From: an uncultured Ignavibacteria bacterium
GTDB lineage: Bacteria; Bacteroidota; Ignavibacteria; Tepidaquicellales; OLB5
Length of the DNA stretch: 64,000 bases
Reading direction: 5' to 3'
NCBI GenBank assembly: GCA_947084945.1
Contig: CAMTUP010000007.1
Coordinates: forward strand, 6,833-70,832
This document shows positions 50,382 through 60,873 of this stretch, piece after piece (within the stretch, counting starts at the first letter, position 1; each line of letters begins with the position of its first letter). The translations under genes and the position numbers were made by a program. The notes beneath the pieces are model-generated. The model was given only the letters and a program-made list of their open reading frames with translations, made no database searches and had not been told where the DNA came from.

Positions 50382-52385
50382 TTGAGCAAAAAAAAACAAG
50401 TAAACAGATATAAACCAAAGATTCAACCAAGCGCAAAGACCATTGATATTAAAATATTCGGTTTTATAGTATTAAGCATACTTGCAATAATTTTATATTT
50501 TTACTCTAAAACTTTCGATTTCCTGCAGGATGATTCATATATCACCTACCGTTATGTAAAAAACTTCACTGATGGAAACGGGCTTGTTTTTAATATAGGC
50601 GAAAGAGTTGAAGGATATACATGCTTTTTATGGGTAGTATTACTTTCAGGTGTTAAATCACTTGGATTTAATTTCATATCAGCATCACAGGTACTTGGAA
50701 TAATTTCATCTATTCTTACCCTTTTATTAACTTATTTAATATCAACAAAAATCTTTCCAAAAGATAAAGGCTCAGCATTCAATCTTGTATTCAGCCTTGC
50801 AGCTGTTACACTTCTTGCATCAAACGGTTCTTTCGCATTCTGGGCTGTAAGCGGAATGGAAACCGGTTTATTTGGTTGCCTGATAACGCTTGGGATATAT
50901 CTGTATTTAAGGGAGCTTAAAGACAATTCTGATAGTATTCCCTTATCATCACTAGTATTTTTGTTTGCGGCACTAACGCGTCCTGAAGGCAATCTGATAT
51001 TTGCTGTTACAGTTCTGCACAAAATATTATATACTTTAAAACATAAAAAAACTGATCTGACAACCCCTATAAATAATCTTTTATCAAAAAATAATTTATT
51101 GTGGATAGGGATATATGTTGTTCCTGCGCTTGTATTTATGGTCTGGCGATATTCATACTACGGATACCTGCTTCCAAATACTTTCTATGCTAAAACCGGT
51201 TCATCACTTGAATATTATTCCACAGGACTGGATTACACCTGGACATTCTTAAAGTCATACGGATTTTATGGTTTGTTTGTATTAATAGCTCTATACACTC
51301 TTACATCAAAAGAAAGATTCTACAGCTATCTTTATCTTGTAATGATTTTCGTAATTTTCACATTATATGTGATATTTGTAGGCGGTGATGTATTAAGACC
51401 TAACAGGTTCTTTGTTCCGATAATGGCTGTATTCTTCATTCTGGTCCAGGAAGGTTTGGCAATGCTAACAGAGCTATTTGATAAAAAACGAGAAATGGTT
51501 ATTGGAGCAATAGTTGGTATAATATTCACTTTAGGATTTTCTTATTCCACTTATATTAAAGAAGCAGAAGTATTAAAAGGATACTCGGATATGGAAAAGG
51601 GCCTGGTTGAAAAGATGAAAATAACCGGTAACTGGCTTAAGAATAAACAGGAGCAAGCCGGTAAGCCATTGATAGTTGCTGCAACAACAATCGGAGCAAT
51701 TTCGTATTATTCCGAAGTAATTCTTATTGATATGCTTGGCTTAACTGATGAAGAAGTTGCACACAATCCAAAGCCAATACCAGAAATATCAACCAAAGAA
51801 GTTGGATGGAAAGAAAGAAATTACAATGTTGAATATATTCTTTCACGTAAACCTGACTATATATATTTTTCAACTGGAATTAAACCAAGTGCATATGCAG
51901 AGCGCGGACTTTTTACTAGTGATGAATTTATAAAGTATTACTATCCATATTACTTTACTGTTAAAGAGTTTACTTTTACTGATATAATTTATAAAAGGAA
52001 ATCAGATGAAGAAACTGCAAAAATCGCAGTTTTACCTGCTAACGCTAATTACCAGAAGCAATTTGTGAACCTTTATAACCAGGCAATGAATACACAAAAG
52101 GATAAGTCAAAAACACAGGAGGCGATAGACCTTTATTTTCAGACAATAGCAATGGGTCCGGCTGGCTGGGGTACACCATACCAGATGATAGGAGAACTTT
52201 ATTTGCAGTTAAAGGATAATGATAAAGCTATAGAAAATTTTAAAAAATCAGTTGAGCTTGATGATTATAACTTATTAGCTCATTATTACTTATACCAATT
52301 TTATACAGGGAAGAAAGATACAGCAAGTGCAATGATGAATTTAGATAAAATCAGAAAATATGCACCTGAAATGCTAAGCAGGTAA
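50382..52385 (+). CDS. GT-C-like multi-TM glycosyltransferase with C-terminal TPR
   Basis: DDSYITYRYVKN, RVEGYT, SGMET, TRPEG, PNTFYAK, DMLGLTD. Confidence 0.82.
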   Translation: MSKKKQVNRYKPKIQPSAKTIDIKIFGFIVLSILAIILYFYSKTFDFLQDDSYITYRYVKNFTDGNGLVFNIGERVEGYTCFLWVVLLSGVKSLGFNFISASQVLGIISSILTLLLTYLISTKIFPKDKGSAFNLVFSLAAVTLLASNGSFAFWAVSGMETGLFGCLITLGIYLYLRELKDNSDSIPLSSLVFLFAALTRPEGNLIFAVTVLHKILYTLKHKKTDLTTPINNLLSKNNLLWIGIYVVPALVFMVWRYSYYGYLLPNTFYAKTGSSLEYYSTGLDYTWTFLKSYGFYGLFVLIALYTLTSKERFYSYLYLVMIFVIFTLYVIFVGGDVLRPNRFFVPIMAVFFILVQEGLAMLTELFDKKREMVIGAIVGIIFTLGFSYSTYIKEAEVLKGYSDMEKGLVEKMKITGNWLKNKQEQAGKPLIVAATTIGAISYYSEVILIDMLGLTDEEVAHNPKPIPEISTKEVGWKERNYNVEYILSRKPDYIYFSTGIKPSAYAERGLFTSDEFIKYYYPYYFTVKEFTFTDIIYKRKSDEETAKIAVLPANANYQKQFVNLYNQAMNTQKDKSKTQEAIDLYFQTIAMGPAGWGTPYQMIGELYLQLKDNDKAIENFKKSVELDDYNLLAHYYLYQFYTGKKDTASAMMNLDKIRKYAPEMLSR

Positions 52386-52394
52386 TTAAAAACT

Positions 52395-53072
52395 ATGACG
52401 ACACTAAGCGATTTAAAGATATATTTTAAAATGATGTTCAACTATAAACCAAAGACCTTTTGGAATGAACTGCTTACAAATTCATTTGACTTAAAAGGTG
52501 TTGGGCATTACAGGCTTAGCAATGAAGAAAACCTAAAGATGTATGAAGAAAAGAAGGCAATACTGATATCCGAAATGGATAAAGCCGGCGTGAAGGTAAC
52601 AGAAAACACATCTATAGTTGAAATAGGTATCGGAGTTGGTTACTGGACAGATTTTTTCAATTCATTGGGAGCGAGAGACTATACAGGCAATGATATTGCA
52701 GAAATATCAATTACAAGTCTAAAGAAGAAATACCCGCAGTATAATTTTATTTTGGGTGATATAAGCGAAGTAAAGCTACCTGAAGTTAAATTCGATCTAG
52801 GCGTAATGATTGATGTAACACAACATATTACAGATGATGACCGATTTAACATTGCTATGGATAACCTCTGGCGCTCACTAAAAAGCGGAGCTAAACTGAT
52901 TATCACAATGTGGGACCCTGCAAAGAATGTTTACTTAGCAAATAAATTAAGACTGAACCGCATCGAAAAACCTCGAGGTATTGAGTGGTATCAAAATGTT
53001 TATGGTAATGCAGAAGTCATTACAAAAGTAGATTTCAATGATAAATATTTTGTGATCTTCAGAAAACCTTGA
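52395..53072 (+). CDS. Class I SAM-dependent methyltransferase
   Basis: VEIGIGVG, GNDI, GDI, DVTQHI. Confidence 0.82.
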   Translation: MTTLSDLKIYFKMMFNYKPKTFWNELLTNSFDLKGVGHYRLSNEENLKMYEEKKAILISEMDKAGVKVTENTSIVEIGIGVGYWTDFFNSLGARDYTGNDIAEISITSLKKKYPQYNFILGDISEVKLPEVKFDLGVMIDVTQHITDDDRFNIAMDNLWRSLKSGAKLIITMWDPAKNVYLANKLRLNRIEKPRGIEWYQNVYGNAEVITKVDFNDKYFVIFRKP

Positions 53073-53104
53073 TAACAAACAATAAATTTATTCAATAAAA
53101 CCAC

Positions 53105-54184
53105 ATGAGAATATTAATAAATGCGTTATCAGGAATTGGTGATGCCATAATGTTCTCACCTGCACTTTCCCTTTTAAAAAAACATTTACCAGAAAGTACA
53201 ATTGATATTGCTGTGATGTTTAAACCCGTTGAAGAGTTATTCAGGGATAACCCTCACATAAATAATATTTATTTTATTGATTTTTTAAAACAGTCAAAAT
53301 TAAAGTCGCTTAAGCAAACCCTTTCACTTCGTAAAAACAACTATGATGTATCGATAAACGTATATCCTTCAAACAGAAGAGAGTATAACTTAATTCAATA
53401 TCTTATTAAAGCTAAGTTAAAAATAGCAACAAAATACAATAATTATTCTAAGACAAACTGGGATTTCCTTAACGATAAACATATAGATGAAGTGAAAGAC
53501 AAACATAATGTTATTGAAAATTTTGAGCTTGCAAAGATTGTTTTTCCGGATATGAGTGAAGATGAGCTTGGCAAACTTGAAATTCAGTTAACTTTAAATG
53601 ATGAAGTATTTGCGAAGAAATATTTTATTGATAACGCACTTACAAATGATTTAGTTATTGGCTTTCATTCAGGTTCAGCCACGTTTAAAGGACACATAAA
53701 TAAACGCTGGTCAGCAGTTAAATATGCTGCCCTTGCCAAACGGCTTGGTGAAAGATACAATGCAAAGATCCTGTTATTTGGTACTGAAGGAGATGTGAAT
53801 GAGAAGATTCAGACTATTGGGGGGATAAATGTTTTAATACCTAAAACCGGTAATTTGATGCAGTCACTTGCATTGATGAAAAAATGTCATTTATTTGTTA
53901 GTAACGATTCAGCCTTAATGCATTTAGCAGCCGGACTTGGAATACCACAAGTTGCAATATTTTCATATACTAATTATAAGGAACTTCACCCTTGGCAAAA
54001 TAGGCATATTATAGTAAGAACTGAACTTGACTGCTCACCCTGTTTTTTTAATTCACCCAAACCTGTAAAATGCATTTTCAAAGGAAATGATAAATACAAA
54101 TGTATAAAATTAGTTTCTGTAGGTGATGTAATGGGAGCGTGTGATGTGTTAATCGAAGAAATTCCACGTAACATTGAATCTTGA
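53105..54184 (+). CDS. GT9 heptosyltransferase-like protein
   Basis: GIGDA, KRW, VSNDSALMHLAA, CSPC. Confidence 0.88.
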   Translation: MRILINALSGIGDAIMFSPALSLLKKHLPESTIDIAVMFKPVEELFRDNPHINNIYFIDFLKQSKLKSLKQTLSLRKNNYDVSINVYPSNRREYNLIQYLIKAKLKIATKYNNYSKTNWDFLNDKHIDEVKDKHNVIENFELAKIVFPDMSEDELGKLEIQLTLNDEVFAKKYFIDNALTNDLVIGFHSGSATFKGHINKRWSAVKYAALAKRLGERYNAKILLFGTEGDVNEKIQTIGGINVLIPKTGNLMQSLALMKKCHLFVSNDSALMHLAAGLGIPQVAIFSYTNYKELHPWQNRHIIVRTELDCSPCFFNSPKPVKCIFKGNDKYKCIKLVSVGDVMGACDVLIEEIPRNIES

Positions 54185-56104
54185 AATAGTATTGAATAAT
54201 CCTCCCCTGTTCATATATGGATAAACACCCGTATTATAAATAATCCTATCCAGTATATTTTCCAGCGTCAGACCAAATGTAGCTTTGCTAATTTTTCCTA
54301 TGATGTAGAAATCTAATGTTGCATTAGCTGGAATTTTGAGATCATAGTGATTCTCAAATTTATAACCGACGTATGGTTTAAAAGAATTTATAAACCCATC
54401 ATAAAATAAAGCCTTGTATTCAGACCAATATCTTGTAGTTAATCCAATTTTGTATTCAAGTTTATTTTTAAAGGCATTATCTTCAAAATTAAAATTGATC
54501 CTTCCGCTATGTTCAGGATTTATCATGTTTATTGAGTTTCTGAAACTGTAATTATGATTAACGCTAAATTTGAATTTGAAGATCTTAAATTCAGCAAATG
54601 AATTGATACCCCTGAATACAACATTTGGAGGATATCTTGAGAGATCGAAATTAAAAGGTATATCATCTTTCCTGTAATAATAGAATTCACTTCCGGCATT
54701 AATAAATTTATTATTAAACTTAGCGGTTGCTGATAAATATTCATCATTATAATCATATGTTCCGGTAAAATGAATGCGTGAGCTATCACTTAACATCATT
54801 GAATATTCTGCTTTTGCGCCGGAAGTAAGATAAATATACCTGAACAAACTATAGTTGTAATAATCTTTTGTAGAGGTTTTTGCCTTTATAAAACCCTTAA
54901 TGGATAAATTCCTGTATTGAATAGAAGCTTCCTGAATTCCCCTGACCTCATTTATACTATAATATATTGATGGTGTTATATTTTGCTGGGCAATTTGGTA
55001 AATATTATAGATATAATCTCCTTCAGTGTTTGTTTTAAGTGATAGTTGGTTACTAAGTTTGAATTTAAATTGATGTGATAATTTAGCACCATAATTTATC
55101 CAATGAAAATTATCTTGGCTTTCAGGAGAATTTGGATTAACCAGGTTAGATAACTGGAAATACTCCCTGAATGAATTACTAACATAAAGCTGAATCTTTG
55201 AAGTTGCTACTTTACCCACTTGAAACACTGTTCCAAAATCAACATCAAATCTTTCTTTTCTTTCATGTTGTTTTGAATAAACTACAATTGCGCGGGTTGT
55301 ATTAAATACCTCTTCTTTGCTCCCAAGGTTAACTGTATCAGGGTCTAACCCTTCATTAAGCTCTCTATTAATTTTGGAATAATTTACTTTTAGGAATAAA
55401 TTCATCTTACCTGATGGTGCAAACCATAGGTTAAATCTCCCCAGCCATTTATCAAACTCACTATTTGTGTAATGACCGTCATATGAGTGTTTTGTTATAC
55501 CAAAATTAAAATGCAGCTTCCTAAAGAAATTCTGATGAAAATTTCCGTCAAAATAAAGATTTTCATATCTATCCTGATAGAAACTAATTTCAGTATATGG
55601 TCTGAACTGAAAAAGCTCTCTTTGAATGATATTTACAGTATTTGAATGTTCATAAACAGTGTTTCTATATCCGTTTGAAAATTCTAACTCAGAAATTTCG
55701 TTCCTTGAAAAAAGATTCAGGTCTGCAACACCATTAAAAAGATCATTTATAGGTCTTCCGTTTCTCAATATTCCTGTTCCGGAAAAACTATATTGATTGT
55801 AACTTACTGGGTTAAACTGTCCTACATCCATAAAATATTGGTAATAGCCCGGTATGTAATTGAAAATATCCTCGAGTGACTTGGCTGGATACCATAAAAA
55901 TCTGCGACGTGTTAATGTATCAGGATTTGTTTTATTGAGATATTGGTAATTATGGTCAGCCAGTATAAAGTTTTGCACATATGCTGTGTCTTCTTTTATA
56001 GCGGGCTTGGTGATTGGTTTGGTGGTATCCTGGGAATGGGAAATATCATTGATTACCATTAGCAAAATAAAAGAAATAATTATATTTCTACAAATAGAGT
56101 TCAA
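54149..56104 (-). CDS. Outer-membrane beta-barrel protein (putative porin / plug-containing)
   Basis: Signal peptide, NGRPIND plug-like segment, C-terminal RFNVTWNFFD. Confidence 0.7.
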   Translation of the reverse strand: MNSICRNIIISFILLMVINDISHSQDTTKPITKPAIKEDTAYVQNFILADHNYQYLNKTNPDTLTRRRFLWYPAKSLEDIFNYIPGYYQYFMDVGQFNPVSYNQYSFSGTGILRNGRPINDLFNGVADLNLFSRNEISELEFSNGYRNTVYEHSNTVNIIQRELFQFRPYTEISFYQDRYENLYFDGNFHQNFFRKLHFNFGITKHSYDGHYTNSEFDKWLGRFNLWFAPSGKMNLFLKVNYSKINRELNEGLDPDTVNLGSKEEVFNTTRAIVVYSKQHERKERFDVDFGTVFQVGKVATSKIQLYVSNSFREYFQLSNLVNPNSPESQDNFHWINYGAKLSHQFKFKLSNQLSLKTNTEGDYIYNIYQIAQQNITPSIYYSINEVRGIQEASIQYRNLSIKGFIKAKTSTKDYYNYSLFRYIYLTSGAKAEYSMMLSDSSRIHFTGTYDYNDEYLSATAKFNNKFINAGSEFYYYRKDDIPFNFDLSRYPPNVVFRGINSFAEFKIFKFKFSVNHNYSFRNSINMINPEHSGRINFNFEDNAFKNKLEYKIGLTTRYWSEYKALFYDGFINSFKPYVGYKFENHYDLKIPANATLDFYIIGKISKATFGLTLENILDRIIYNTGVYPYMNRGGLFNTISRFNVTWNFFD

Positions 56105-56147
56105 TTAATGATCAATTATTTATTTAATATTATCGTTAAATCGTTAA

Positions 56148-56236
56148 AGATTCCTGCTTTCGCAGGAATGACAAAGCACTTTTGAGACAGACTCTAAATA
56201 TGCGGCGCGGGAATGATCCCGCTAGCGGGATTTCAA
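56148..56236. repeat. REP copy AGATTCCTGCTTTCGCAGGAATGACA plus ATCCCGCTAGCGGGAT hairpin
   Basis: Near-identical to 17742-17767; second hairpin related to the 11844 unit. Confidence 0.8.
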
Positions 56237-56295
56237 TTAATCTGCGATTAATTTCAACAAAATTTATTGATTCCCCGTATGTTCGGTGGATGACA

Positions 56296-56985
56296 TTAGT
56301 TTTGTATCTGACCGTCAACCATTCTGAGAGTTCTATCAGTCTTTTGCGCAAAATTTTCGTTATGTGTTACTATTATGAAAGTCATGTTATATTTCTTCCT
56401 GAGGTCAAATATCAAATGCAGCACTTCATCACTGTTCTTTGAATCAAGGTTACCAGTTGGCTCATCAGCTAAAATAACTTTGGGTGAATTGATAAGTGCC
56501 CGTGCTATAGCTACTCTTTGCGCCTCACCTCCAGAAAGTTCAGATGGTTTGTGATGCAGCCTATTCCCAAGTCCAACTTCTGTCAAAATCTCCTTAGCCT
56601 TACCCTCAACTGATTTCAATGATTTTCCTGATATCATTGCGGCAATGCATACATTTTCTATGGCAGAAAATTCCGGCAGCAGGTGATGGAACTGGAACAC
56701 AAAACCAATTCTTGTATTTCTGAATCGAGCAAGTTCGTTACTGCCAAGTGAAAAGACATCTTCACTATCAAAGATAACTTCACCAGAGGTTGGCTTATCA
56801 AGTGTTCCGATAATATGAAGAAGAGTACTTTTACCTGCGCCTGATGGTCCTACAATTGTAATTACTTCCCCTTCGTATATCTCGGTATCAATACCTTTTA
56901 GTACCCTCAGAGTTTCGGATTTTGAAATCTGATATTCTTTGGTTAAACCCGATGTTTTTATTAAAACTTTTCTATCTGTATCCAA
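56296..56985 (-). CDS. lolD: Lipoprotein-releasing ABC transporter ATP-binding protein
   Basis: GPSGAGKSTLL, GFVFQFHHLLPEF, LSGGEAQRVA, DEPTGNLD. Confidence 0.9.
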   Translation of the reverse strand: MDTDRKVLIKTSGLTKEYQISKSETLRVLKGIDTEIYEGEVITIVGPSGAGKSTLLHIIGTLDKPTSGEVIFDSEDVFSLGSNELARFRNTRIGFVFQFHHLLPEFSAIENVCIAAMISGKSLKSVEGKAKEILTEVGLGNRLHHKPSELSGGEAQRVAIARALINSPKVILADEPTGNLDSKNSDEVLHLIFDLRKKYNMTFIIVTHNENFAQKTDRTLRMVDGQIQN

Positions 56986-57030
56986 TATTGGTCTTTAAAT
57001 ATACTTTTATAATTTATTTTTTTTATTAAT

Positions 57031-57077
57031 GGATTCCCGCATACCATGCCAGAGGCAGGTGTAGCGCGGGAATGACA
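57031..57077. repeat. REP with nested palindromic insert
   Basis: GGATTCCCGC[ATACCATGCCAGAGGCAGGTGTA]GCGCGGGAATGACA. Confidence 0.7.
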
Positions 57078-57083
57078 AACATT

Positions 57084-58310
57084 TTATTCCCAGCGGATTG
57101 CTTTTATCGGTTCCTGCCTTGCTGCTCGCATAGCGGGATAAAGAGAAGCAAGAAAAGATATTACAAGAGCACAAATACCAACATAGATATAATCAGTATA
57201 GCGTATATCAATTGGTAATGCATCAATTGAATAAACCGATGTATCAAGCGGAAAGAATTTATATTTGATCTGCAACAAACATATAGTAAGACCCAGTATT
57301 GATCCCAGTATAGTACCGTAAATACCAATAAAAATACCTTCTATCATGAAAATCCTTAGTATCCCGGAATTTTTTATTCCCATGGCTTTAAGTATTCCTA
57401 TATCACGTTTCTTTTCCATTACTGTCATTGTAAGCGAACCAACAATACTAAAAGATGCAACAGCAATTATTAGAGAAAGAATTATAAATGCTGTCCATCG
57501 TTCTACCTGCATCACGGAATAGAGATCTTCGTGGAGGTTATACCAGGTATTTACCCTATAACCTTTACCAAGTAATGCAACAATCTTGACTTTTTCATCT
57601 TCGGAATTATTAATTTTATCAATTCTTAACTCGATTCCGTTTACTGTATTACCAAGTTCATACAGGTTTTGTGATTTTGGAATTGAAATAAAAGAATATA
57701 GCTTATCATATTCTCTGTTATTGGCATCAAATATACCGCGAACAATAAATTTTTGTGTTTTAGGTATAACTATTTGCGTTAGTATTTTTTCCATACCAAC
57801 AGGACTCATTACTGAAATCGTATCCAGAACTCTTGCCTCAAGCTTAGCTGCAAGGCTATTACCAAGTATTATCCCTCCATACTCATCATTATCCTTAAAC
57901 TCAAAATCACCAAGTGTAGTTTTCTCTTTTACGTCAGAAAGTCCAGATATTTTTTTATCATCAACACCTTTAACAAAAGCCACAATATTATTTTTCTTTG
58001 TAGAAATAACACCTTTGCTAATTGTAAACGGAGCAATTGCAGTAACTTTGATCTCAGAAGAAATTTTATTAATTAATGCATTATAGTCTGTTATTGATGA
58101 ACCGGTATCAGCCTCAACACGTATATGCGGATCGAAACCGGTTAAGATATCTAACTGGTATTTATTGAAACCGTTAAAAACCGATAGCATTACTATTAAA
58201 GCAGCTACACCAACAGTTAAACCAATAACAGATATGAGAGTTATAATAGTAATAAACTGTACTTTTCTTTTTGAAAGCAGGTATCTTCTTGCTATGAATC
58301 TTTCTAACAT
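57084..58310 (-). CDS. LolC/LolE family ABC transporter permease
   Basis: FIARRYL, SVFNGF, EKKRDIGILKAMG, YPAMRAA. Confidence 0.9.
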   Translation of the reverse strand: MLERFIARRYLLSKRKVQFITIITLISVIGLTVGVAALIVMLSVFNGFNKYQLDILTGFDPHIRVEADTGSSITDYNALINKISSEIKVTAIAPFTISKGVISTKKNNIVAFVKGVDDKKISGLSDVKEKTTLGDFEFKDNDEYGGIILGNSLAAKLEARVLDTISVMSPVGMEKILTQIVIPKTQKFIVRGIFDANNREYDKLYSFISIPKSQNLYELGNTVNGIELRIDKINNSEDEKVKIVALLGKGYRVNTWYNLHEDLYSVMQVERWTAFIILSLIIAVASFSIVGSLTMTVMEKKRDIGILKAMGIKNSGILRIFMIEGIFIGIYGTILGSILGLTICLLQIKYKFFPLDTSVYSIDALPIDIRYTDYIYVGICALVISFLASLYPAMRAARQEPIKAIRWE

Positions 58311-58347
58311 TAAATATGATCTTCTCTAAATTTTTGGCTAAAATCAG

Positions 58348-59181
58348 CTATTCATCAAAAACCAGGATAGGTTCCCTATAAAGTCTTACTTTTTTTGAAT
58401 CTATTTTATACTGCACATATTTCTCTAATTCTTGATTCTTTTTTTCAAGATTTTCATCAGAGATTAATGCATCAATAAGAATTTTTATATGCAGCACACG
58501 GTTTGGTATTAAGTGTCTTGAAATTCCCGCAGGCAGTTTTTGACTTAATCCTGAAATTGTTACTATATCTTCTTTACTGAATTCCGGAAAAACAAAAAGC
58601 AACCCTTCATCAGGCGAAAGAATTTTTACATCAGTAATATCAGTATCGCTATCTATCCTTGCATAACTGAACTCATTTTCGTAATACCTGTTAAGGTCAG
58701 AAAGTGACCTCAGCATTTCTTCGAGTGAATAACTGAGATTTACACAAATTGCCTGATTTGAAGTTGAAAATACAAGAATCTGATAATTTGATAGATGCAT
58801 GCCTTTAGGTTTGCCGACTGATTGCCATTGAGTATATCTAATATTGTTTTTATTGGCATAATTCATCAAAACATTCATGCTCATATTACTTACAAAGTGA
58901 TACCATGATTTGAGTATAACATCGCTGGATTTATAATCAACCAACTGTGCAAGAATGCTTTTACATCCTAACTTATTTAATGCTTCATACCTGTTAGCAC
59001 CATCAATTAAAATGTATTTATCTTCGTTCTTAGCTACAATCAATGGGTTGTAAAGCACCTTTTCATCTTTAAACCTGGCAATTAGTTTATTTGAGCGATT
59101 ATCTTCGCATTCTTCATGCAACCGGATATCTGAAGCACGGATGAGCTTAAGCTCAAACTTTTCACCAGAATAAATTGACAT
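58348..59181 (-). CDS. ParB/Srx-fold protein, SbnI-like (possible free L-serine kinase)
   Basis: LHEE, NPLIV, LIDGANR..AL..LGC, LPAGISRH....RVL, VRLYREPILVFDE. Confidence 0.65.
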   Translation of the reverse strand: MSIYSGEKFELKLIRASDIRLHEECEDNRSNKLIARFKDEKVLYNPLIVAKNEDKYILIDGANRYEALNKLGCKSILAQLVDYKSSDVILKSWYHFVSNMSMNVLMNYANKNNIRYTQWQSVGKPKGMHLSNYQILVFSTSNQAICVNLSYSLEEMLRSLSDLNRYYENEFSYARIDSDTDITDVKILSPDEGLLFVFPEFSKEDIVTISGLSQKLPAGISRHLIPNRVLHIKILIDALISDENLEKKNQELEKYVQYKIDSKKVRLYREPILVFDE

Positions 59182-59401
59182 AAATTGCCTAATTATAAGT
59201 AAATAATTATGCAATATAACAATCTTAAAACTCGTATTCTGTATAAACAATCATCTCTTTTTTCATGATTTTTTGCCATACAACATAAAAGCCATATAAA
59301 AAATTAAAATGCGGGTTACGTATATTTGCAAATTAAAAAAACCCGCCAAATGATCATTTAATTAAATCAAGCAGCGGGTTATGTAATTATTTATAAAAAA
59401 A

Positions 59402-59824
59402 TTATGGGGCGTTTATTACAGCTATATCCTTCTTTCCGTGAATAAACGCAGTAACAACGGCTGCAACCATGGTCAAAAACATCCCGACTATTGCATCAGC
59501 GGCAACACCTCTTGCCATAACCTGCATGTAACCCCAGGTCATAAACATATAAGGTATGTAAATAAACAGCGCTATTACTATACCGAAGCGAATGCCTTCC
59601 ATCATAGGCGAGCCTCCTTTATAGCCTTTGGCATAAATCATATACATAAAAAATGCCTGCGCTAAATACGCAACAGCAAATGCCCATATTTTCATTTCGC
59701 TCACGGGTCTTGATAGATGCCCAAAGAACCGATTGAAATATTCAGCAAACAATACACTGTAAAACAGCCAACTGAGAATAAATAAAACGATACCAACAAC
59801 TACTGTGGATAGTATTAACTTCAT
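59402..59824 (-). CDS. Hypothetical 4-TM membrane protein
   Basis: Four hydrophobic segments; GGAG RBS upstream. Confidence 0.75.
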   Translation of the reverse strand: MKLILSTVVVGIVLFILSWLFYSVLFAEYFNRFFGHLSRPVSEMKIWAFAVAYLAQAFFMYMIYAKGYKGGSPMMEGIRFGIVIALFIYIPYMFMTWGYMQVMARGVAADAIVGMFLTMVAAVVTAFIHGKKDIAVINAP

Positions 59825-59940
59825 TTTTCCCTCCTTAAAGAAAAATTATTAAAATGTTTATTACAAGCAGCAATGAAACCAATAATTTTTCTCGAAGAAG
59901 CGAGTGAATCCAGATTCTCAATCATTGTAAAATTAACTAA

Positions 59941-60804
59941 TTACAATGTAATATAAAAGTTAGAAGAAAGTATCCAGTATCTCCTTTCCAGAATATCGCC
60001 AGCGATACCAAAGCCTATTCCAGCCCTGTTAGAAATAACATAACCAAGACCTCCGTATAAAACTGAAGAATTATACTTGAGCCTGAGATTCCTTGAGAAC
60101 GAGAATCCTAAAAAGGAACCAAATTTTTCAGAAATCAGGTATGAAGGTCCGCCTGAAACAACAATTTCATGTTCATATTTGTAATTATAAGTGCTTTTTA
60201 CACTATCTATTTGTTGTTGAATTATTGCAGGATATAATTTTGTATTCGGAAAATCTCTTCGTTTTAGCAAGTTAAACTCAAAGCTTAAGTCATATCCAAA
60301 TTTTCCACTTAGAAATCCTTGTGCAATACCAAAAAACAGGTCAACTTTGCCAGTACCAAGTTCTTTTGAAGAGCTTGCTGTTGGTATCTTAAGCAATCCC
60401 TGTATTGCGTATATGAAATGTTCCGATTCACCAAATGAATACTTTGTGCCAATATATGAATCACCCACTCCTGAAATTTTATTACCAAGAAAGTTATAAG
60501 ATTCTGTATAAGGTGAAATACCAGCCGATAATTCAAAGTTTTTAGTTACTCCATAGCTTACAGAAACAGGTAAATCAATTGTTTCACCGCTGTAAGATAA
60601 ACCAACTGATAAAAATGTTTTACTTTTATCAGTTGTGTAAGCGTCAACCCCGTAACCCGGTCTGTTAGCACTCAGCAAGTATGAATAAGCAGTTTGGCCT
60701 AAAATATTTATCAGGTTATAATTTCGCTTTCTTTGAGCAAATATATTTGAAGTTAAAATTAAAACAAGAAAAAGAATAACAGTTCCTTTGAGGAATTTCG
60801 ACAT
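59941..60804 (-). CDS. Putative outer-membrane beta-barrel (MetA-pathway-like 'transporter')
   Basis: SGVGDSYIGTKY, KIPTA....LGTGKVD. Confidence 0.6.
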   Translation of the reverse strand: MSKFLKGTVILFLVLILTSNIFAQRKRNYNLINILGQTAYSYLLSANRPGYGVDAYTTDKSKTFLSVGLSYSGETIDLPVSVSYGVTKNFELSAGISPYTESYNFLGNKISGVGDSYIGTKYSFGESEHFIYAIQGLLKIPTASSSKELGTGKVDLFFGIAQGFLSGKFGYDLSFEFNLLKRRDFPNTKLYPAIIQQQIDSVKSTYNYKYEHEIVVSGGPSYLISEKFGSFLGFSFSRNLRLKYNSSVLYGGLGYVISNRAGIGFGIAGDILERRYWILSSNFYITL

Positions 60805-60873
60805 AATTTAGTTCATATATAGAAAAGAACGGGCATAAAAATAATGCCCGAATTTAAATGGTTTGAATAATTA

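Noticed and set aside
56136-56442. ORFs 56136-56351 and 56182-56442
   Set aside because: Translations of REP sequence (LSFLRKQES) or antisense overlap with lolD
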